Shown in pieces: positions 27,326-32,000 of a stretch of 32,000 nt of DNA. The notes beneath the pieces are model-generated. The model was not told the origin of the DNA. It saw only the letters and a list, made by a program, of their open reading frames with translations, and ran no database searches. This stretch comes from Methanocaldococcus jannaschii DSM 2661 (lineage in GTDB: Archaea > AGJL01 > Methanococci > Methanococcales > Methanocaldococcaceae), in contig NC_001732.1 in NCBI RefSeq assembly GCF_000091665.1, positions 22,128-54,127 of the forward strand. The letters are read 5' to 3'. A program made the position numbers and the translations under genes. Within the stretch, counting starts at the first letter, position 1. Every line of letters begins with the position of its first letter.

Positions 27326-30300
27326 TTATATTGCATATATATTTTTTGCATATTCAAATAAATCATCTGAAATCTTATTTATAAGTGAATAATCTTTTAT
27401 CCCTTCCTTCATTAGAATGATTTTAAGTTTAGCTCGTATTTTAGATTGGAGATTTTTCTTCTTTTTCCAATCACGAGCTTTAATATAACCAGACATCATT
27501 CTTGCAATTTCTTTTGCAATTTTTTCTACTCTTTTTTTATCTGTTAGGGGTATATTGGGATATGAAAGTAAAAGGTCATAAAATGCCAACTCCTCTTCAG
27601 TTAGTCCCAATTCTTTACCTTCTTCAGCAGCTTTTCTAATTTCTTTAGCCAAATTAACTAGTTCTTCAATCATTTCGGCAGTGGTTATTACCTTTATACG
27701 GTATTTCTCTATAACTTCATTTAACCTTTCTGAAAACTTTTTAAATCTTATCGGATTCTTTGCCATACGAACTCTTATATCATCATTTAGAATTTTGATA
27801 AGAACATCTCTTACATAATCTTTGTATTCTATTTTAGCAATCTCAGATAAAAATTCATCAGATAAAACGGAAAGCTCCGGTTTTTCTTTTTTTAGCATTT
27901 CAAAGACGTCTACTAGCTCTTTAGCACTAATACTTTTAGATATTAAACTTTGTATGTCATTTTCAAGGTCTTGAGAAATCTCACGGATTTTTTTAGTGGA
28001 ATATTTAACAATCATCTTTTTTATCATTTCAAAGAATTCTAAATCATCTTTAATACCTATTGTTTCAGGATGAGGTCGAGCAAGTAAGTAAAGCTTTTTT
28101 AATGCTATAACATTCCTAACAAATTCTTTTTTGGTATTATCATCTTTTGCTACTCTTTGATAAGCTTTTACTGTAAGTAGGGATAAGTCTTCTGAAGATA
28201 ACTTTTTCCAATCTTTGTAATTAATATTTTTAAAGTATGATGTTACCTTTTCATATCTACGCTTCATCTCTTCAATAACTACTTTAATGTCAGTCATTAA
28301 ATCCTTTCTCGCCTCACTTGAATATTTAGAAAGGGATTTAGATAAATCATCGGCAATTCCTATATAATCTACAATAAGCCCTCCTGGTTTATCTTTAAAT
28401 ACTCTATTCACCCTTGCTATTGCCTGTGCTAATGAATGATTTTTCATCGGTTTTAAGAAATACATCGTATGTAAGCAGGGAACATCAAAACCTGTAAGCC
28501 ACATATCGACAACTATAACCATCTTTAAATCTGACTCTGGGTCTTTGAATTCTTTGGCTAAGTTTTCAAGCTCCTTTTTTGTTCTTATATGTGGGTGGAA
28601 ATCTTCAGGGTCTTTTGATTTATTCCCAGACATTACAACGGCAATCTTTGGAGCATTTGGCTGTTTAGTAATCCATTTATATAATTCTACTGCTACTTTT
28701 CTACTAATAGTAACTACCATAGCCTTTCCATCGAAATCTTGAAGACGTTTGTTAAAATGCTCTATAATATCCTTTGAAACCTTGGAGAGATAATCCTCTG
28801 TAAGCATGATTTTTTCAAGTTTGGCAAATACTTCTTTTATACTCTCTTTTGTTTCTGGGTCATTGGCTACTCTTTCAGAGATTTCATCAAACTCTAAATC
28901 AATGAATTCATTTGTAAGATGTAATTCTACAAGTCGGGCTTCATAATAAATTGGAACAACTACTCCATGCCTCTTTGCCTTATCAATTGGATAGGCACTT
29001 ATATAATCTCCAAATACTAAGAATGTTGAACGGTCTTTGTAGTCTATTGGAGTGGCTGTGAATGCCAAAAATGATGCGTTAGGAATAGCTTTTCTAAGAT
29101 TTTGAGCTAATGTTCCATAATGGCTTCTATGGGCTTCATCTGCAATTATGATTATGTTGTTTCTATCAGTTAGGAAAGGGTAGTGTTCATCTTTTGACTT
29201 TCTACCAAATTTTTGTATTGTAGCAAAAATTATTCCTCCAGGTGTTTTCTTAATGAGTTCTTGAAGCTCAGCTATACTTTCAGCTCTTTCAGCCTCTGAA
29301 AAAACACTTGAAAAAACATTATATAGTTGTTCATCAAGTTCTAATCTATCTGTGAGGAATACTAAGAGGGGATAATTTAATTCTTTCTGTTTAAGTGCTT
29401 TTTTGGCATAAAATAACATTGTTATAGATTTACCTGTCCCTTGTGCATGCCATACAATACCGATTCTCCTATCTTCAGGAGTTTCTCCATAAAGTACGGA
29501 TTTTATTGTTCTATCTACGGCTTTTTTAACTGTATAAAATTGATAATAAGTGGCTATAATCTTTTTCTTATCATGGATGATAAAGTCCTCGAGGAATTCA
29601 ATAAGATGTTCTTTTTTAAATAAACCCATTAAAAGTATGTCTAAGCTTGTATATGGGTTTCCTTTATATTTATACATTGTATTTCCATAATTATCAACTT
29701 CTATAACTTCAACATCGTCATCACTTTCAACTCCTTCCCAAACAAAGAATCTATCCCAATCACTTGTTGGAGAACCGTATTTTGTTTCTAAACCGTCGCT
29801 AACAACGAGTATTTGGGCATATTGGTATAGTTGAGGAATATCTTTCATTTTTGTTTTATGGTCGTTAAATGCATCTTTGGCTGTTTGATTGGATTTTGGG
29901 CTTTTAAATTCAAAAATTGCAATGGGAATTCCATTTATAAATACAACTAAGTCGGGTCTTCTAAATCTTCCATTTTCATAATAGTATTCAACCTCAAATT
30001 GATTGGCTACTAAAAATTCATTTTTATTTATATTTTCAAAGTCTATCAATTTTACAAATCTTGTTTTCTTTTCTCCATTTTCTTTAAATTCTAATTTAAC
30101 TCCATTAATTAGCATTTCATAAAATATTTTTCCACGCATATTGAAATCTGGGTTATCTATGTTGGTTACAGTTTTATAAACTTTAAGTGCTAATTCTTCA
30201 GTAAGCCATGGGTTGATATTCTTTATAGCTTTTATAAATCGGTTTTTAAGTATTGCATCTCTGTAAGATTCCCTCTCATTATATTCTGGAGTTAGTTCAG

Positions 30301-30454
30301 AACCATGTTTATAGGAATAACCAAGATTTTTGAGTCTTTGTATCGCTGCATTTTCTACAACGTAATCTTCATTTAATTTTGCAGCTTCTTTTTTCATTTT
30401 ATCACCAATGAATACCCCCACTAATAAAAAATATTTATTTGCAGATATTGGCAT
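27326..30454 (-). CDS. hsdR: Type I restriction enzyme, R subunit
   Basis: RRPDLVVFINGIPIAIFEFKSPKS, WHAQGTGKSITMLFYAKKAL, IIIADEAHRS, FTATPI, VVDMWLTGFDVP. More likely start is the ATG at 30397, which has a GGTGAT RBS. Confidence 0.95.
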   Translation of the reverse strand: MPISANKYFLLVGVFIGDKMKKEAAKLNEDYVVENAAIQRLKNLGYSYKHGSELTPEYNERESYRDAILKNRFIKAIKNINPWLTEELALKVYKTVTNIDNPDFNMRGKIFYEMLINGVKLEFKENGEKKTRFVKLIDFENINKNEFLVANQFEVEYYYENGRFRRPDLVVFINGIPIAIFEFKSPKSNQTAKDAFNDHKTKMKDIPQLYQYAQILVVSDGLETKYGSPTSDWDRFFVWEGVESDDDVEVIEVDNYGNTMYKYKGNPYTSLDILLMGLFKKEHLIEFLEDFIIHDKKKIIATYYQFYTVKKAVDRTIKSVLYGETPEDRRIGIVWHAQGTGKSITMLFYAKKALKQKELNYPLLVFLTDRLELDEQLYNVFSSVFSEAERAESIAELQELIKKTPGGIIFATIQKFGRKSKDEHYPFLTDRNNIIIIADEAHRSHYGTLAQNLRKAIPNASFLAFTATPIDYKDRSTFLVFGDYISAYPIDKAKRHGVVVPIYYEARLVELHLTNEFIDLEFDEISERVANDPETKESIKEVFAKLEKIMLTEDYLSKVSKDIIEHFNKRLQDFDGKAMVVTISRKVAVELYKWITKQPNAPKIAVVMSGNKSKDPEDFHPHIRTKKELENLAKEFKDPESDLKMVIVVDMWLTGFDVPCLHTMYFLKPMKNHSLAQAIARVNRVFKDKPGGLIVDYIGIADDLSKSLSKYSSEARKDLMTDIKVVIEEMKRRYEKVTSYFKNINYKDWKKLSSEDLSLLTVKAYQRVAKDDNTKKEFVRNVIALKKLYLLARPHPETIGIKDDLEFFEMIKKMIVKYSTKKIREISQDLENDIQSLISKSISAKELVDVFEMLKKEKPELSVLSDEFLSEIAKIEYKDYVRDVLIKILNDDIRVRMAKNPIRFKKFSERLNEVIEKYRIKVITTAEMIEELVNLAKEIRKAAEEGKELGLTEEELAFYDLLLSYPNIPLTDKKRVEKIAKEIARMMSGYIKARDWKKKKNLQSKIRAKLKIILMKEGIKDYSLINKISDDLFEYAKNIYAI

Positions 30455-30482
30455 TATCTAATTTAGCAATTAAAAAAAATTT

Positions 30483-31781
30483 TTATAATTCTTCAACTCT
30501 CAACTCTCCAAATACCAATTTTGGTAATAAAGCATCTCTAATTTTTTTCAAAACCATAATTTGTTTTTGATTGTTTATAATTTTTTCGAACAATGGTTGA
30601 ACTAATGAATGGAATTTTTGTAGTATTGGTTGTGGTGGGATAATTATATATTTATTTTCAATATCTGAAATTTTTAAATAAGGTAAAGTAGTTCCTTTTA
30701 CACTATATACAATTTCTTTTAGTAAAAATCTCAAAAGACAGTAAATAAAGTAATGCTTTTCATTTAGCATGCTACTATCTATAACAGCAAGATGATTTAC
30801 TGCAGTAAATTTAAAAGGAACTATATTTACTCGAGCTTCTTTCAAAGACTCTCCACTTTTTTGAAATATGATACTTTTTTCATTATATAATTTCATTTTA
30901 TAATCTTTTAAAGCCAATTCATTTATAAAATCTGAAGATTCAATACAAACTCCTTTTACTAAATGTTTTACTCTTACAAATGGGATTTTAGCGTTTTCAA
31001 AGTATATTTCTCTTTGTGGTGCATTACTTCCAGATTCAACTTTTAAAATATCTCCCAATCTCTTGACTTCCCAACCCTTCGGAATCTCTTTATCCAATTC
31101 ATCATTATAAACAAACTCTTCATTTTTAAACGGCTCAAAATCTATAAACCAATTTTTAAATAATTCTAAAGCTATTTTTTCTAAAATTTCATTTTGTTTT
31201 TTCTTATTTTCAATTAAATCATCAAAATATGATAAAACAGTTGCTATTTTTTGTTGTTCTTCTGGTGAAGGATATGGTATTTCAACTTCTTTTAATGTGC
31301 TACCTTTTAATTCTGGAAATGTAGAACCTCCAGAAATATCTTTCAAATATTCACTCATTGTTTTTGTCTTAAATAAATAGTAAAGATATTCACTAACCAC
31401 GCCATCCTTTGGAATAATATTTCTAAATCCTTGATTTGTTGTTAGTGGATTTTTTGCAATAGCCACATAACCAATAGGTGCTCTTGATGTTAGTAAGATT
31501 GTTCCTTTTGGAAATATTCTCAATGAACACTCTTTAACAGCTTTTTCTGTAATGTTTCTTTCCCCTCTTGAAATGTAAATATACTCATAATTAGCAAGGT
31601 CTTTTGGAGTTATCCAAGGAATATCCCCTCCCCAATATTCTTTAATTTTTGTAGAAGGTGTTGAACCACCAGCAACTTCGCCAATATCTTTAATTTTCTT
31701 AACATCCCAATCCTTAGGAATTTTCCCAATATCTGTTTCTTTAAATTCTGTTTCCCATCTAAATTTAACCATAAATAACAC
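30483..31781 (-). CDS. hsdS: Type I restriction-modification specificity subunit
   Basis: Two TRD/conserved-region repeats (DIGKIPKDWDVKKI...EIPYPSPEEQQKIATVLSYFDDLIENKKKQNEILEKIA and LDKEIPKGWEVKRL...ISDIENKYIIIPPQPILQKF). The ATG at 31772 after GAGGTG is a likely alternative start. Confidence 0.93.
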   Translation of the reverse strand: MLFMVKFRWETEFKETDIGKIPKDWDVKKIKDIGEVAGGSTPSTKIKEYWGGDIPWITPKDLANYEYIYISRGERNITEKAVKECSLRIFPKGTILLTSRAPIGYVAIAKNPLTTNQGFRNIIPKDGVVSEYLYYLFKTKTMSEYLKDISGGSTFPELKGSTLKEVEIPYPSPEEQQKIATVLSYFDDLIENKKKQNEILEKIALELFKNWFIDFEPFKNEEFVYNDELDKEIPKGWEVKRLGDILKVESGSNAPQREIYFENAKIPFVRVKHLVKGVCIESSDFINELALKDYKMKLYNEKSIIFQKSGESLKEARVNIVPFKFTAVNHLAVIDSSMLNEKHYFIYCLLRFLLKEIVYSVKGTTLPYLKISDIENKYIIIPPQPILQKFHSLVQPLFEKIINNQKQIMVLKKIRDALLPKLVFGELRVEEL

Positions 31782-31792
31782 CTCAATATGTA

Positions 31793-32000
31793 ATTGCTCC
31801 CCAGAGTAAAACTAAACCAGTTATAAATGATGAACCAATGGATGCTATAATGTAAAATTCTTTTGGTAATGAAATTCTAAAAATATAGCTAAAAAAGGCA
31901 ACAATCCCTATAATTGTCATAATATCTATATAAATAACTAACCAAAGAGGCAAAGGATGCAAATTATAAAAGTAAGTAATTAAAGCAACAAAATTTAAAA
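31793..32000 (-). CDS. Partial small membrane protein upstream of hsdS (open to the window edge)
   Basis: LNFVALITYFYNLHPLPLWLVIYIDIMTIIGIVAFFSYIFRISLPKEFYIIASIGSSFITGLVLLWGAITY*; open at the window end. Confidence 0.5.

Noticed and set aside
1-32000. tRNA or rRNA genes and IS transposases
   Set aside because: No cloverleaf-like GC-rich segment, rRNA-like sequence or transposase motif was recognised by eye; a tRNAscan-SE/Infernal run would be needed to exclude them fully.

Overview
AT-rich archaeal window, most like an extrachromosomal element or plasmid-like region of a hyperthermophilic methanogen (Methanocaldococcus-type codon usage, GGTGA ribosome-binding sites). The placement is inference. 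Supported content: (1) a replication/maintenance block: ParA-type ATPase plus a small RHH-like partner, an archaeal AAA ATPase, a C2H2 zinc-finger protein, a 1272-aa AEP-like primase/SF2 helicase fusion with repeat-rich DNA upstream, and an archaeal histone; (2) a VapC-like PIN toxin and DUF104-like antitoxin; (3) a candidate defence island at about 16.0-23.2 kb, holding a PD-(D/E)XK-like protein overlapping an unknown 408-aa protein, and an OLD-family ATPase/TOPRIM protein overlapping an unknown 295-aa protein. This island is bracketed by an identical 38-bp GC-rich inverted repeat (G-quadruplex-capable) embedded in a longer imperfect inverted repeat; (4) an EVE-like protein, a frameshifted lipoprotein-like gene, a PIN-plus-transmembrane module with two small partners, a transglutaminase-like membrane protein, and type I R-M hsdS and hsdR; (5) a family of 24-26 bp palindromes (TGAATTGACTTNNAAGTCAATTCA; five good and two degenerate copies) between modules; (6) AT-rich repeat units sharing a TTTGAATTTCTTTTAGTGGAAA motif; (7) decayed gene copies next to intact paralogs at the left end. 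The strongest candidates for an undescribed system are the OLD/TOPRIM + 295-aa pair and the 408-aa + PD-(D/E)XK pair inside the inverted-repeat-bounded segment.
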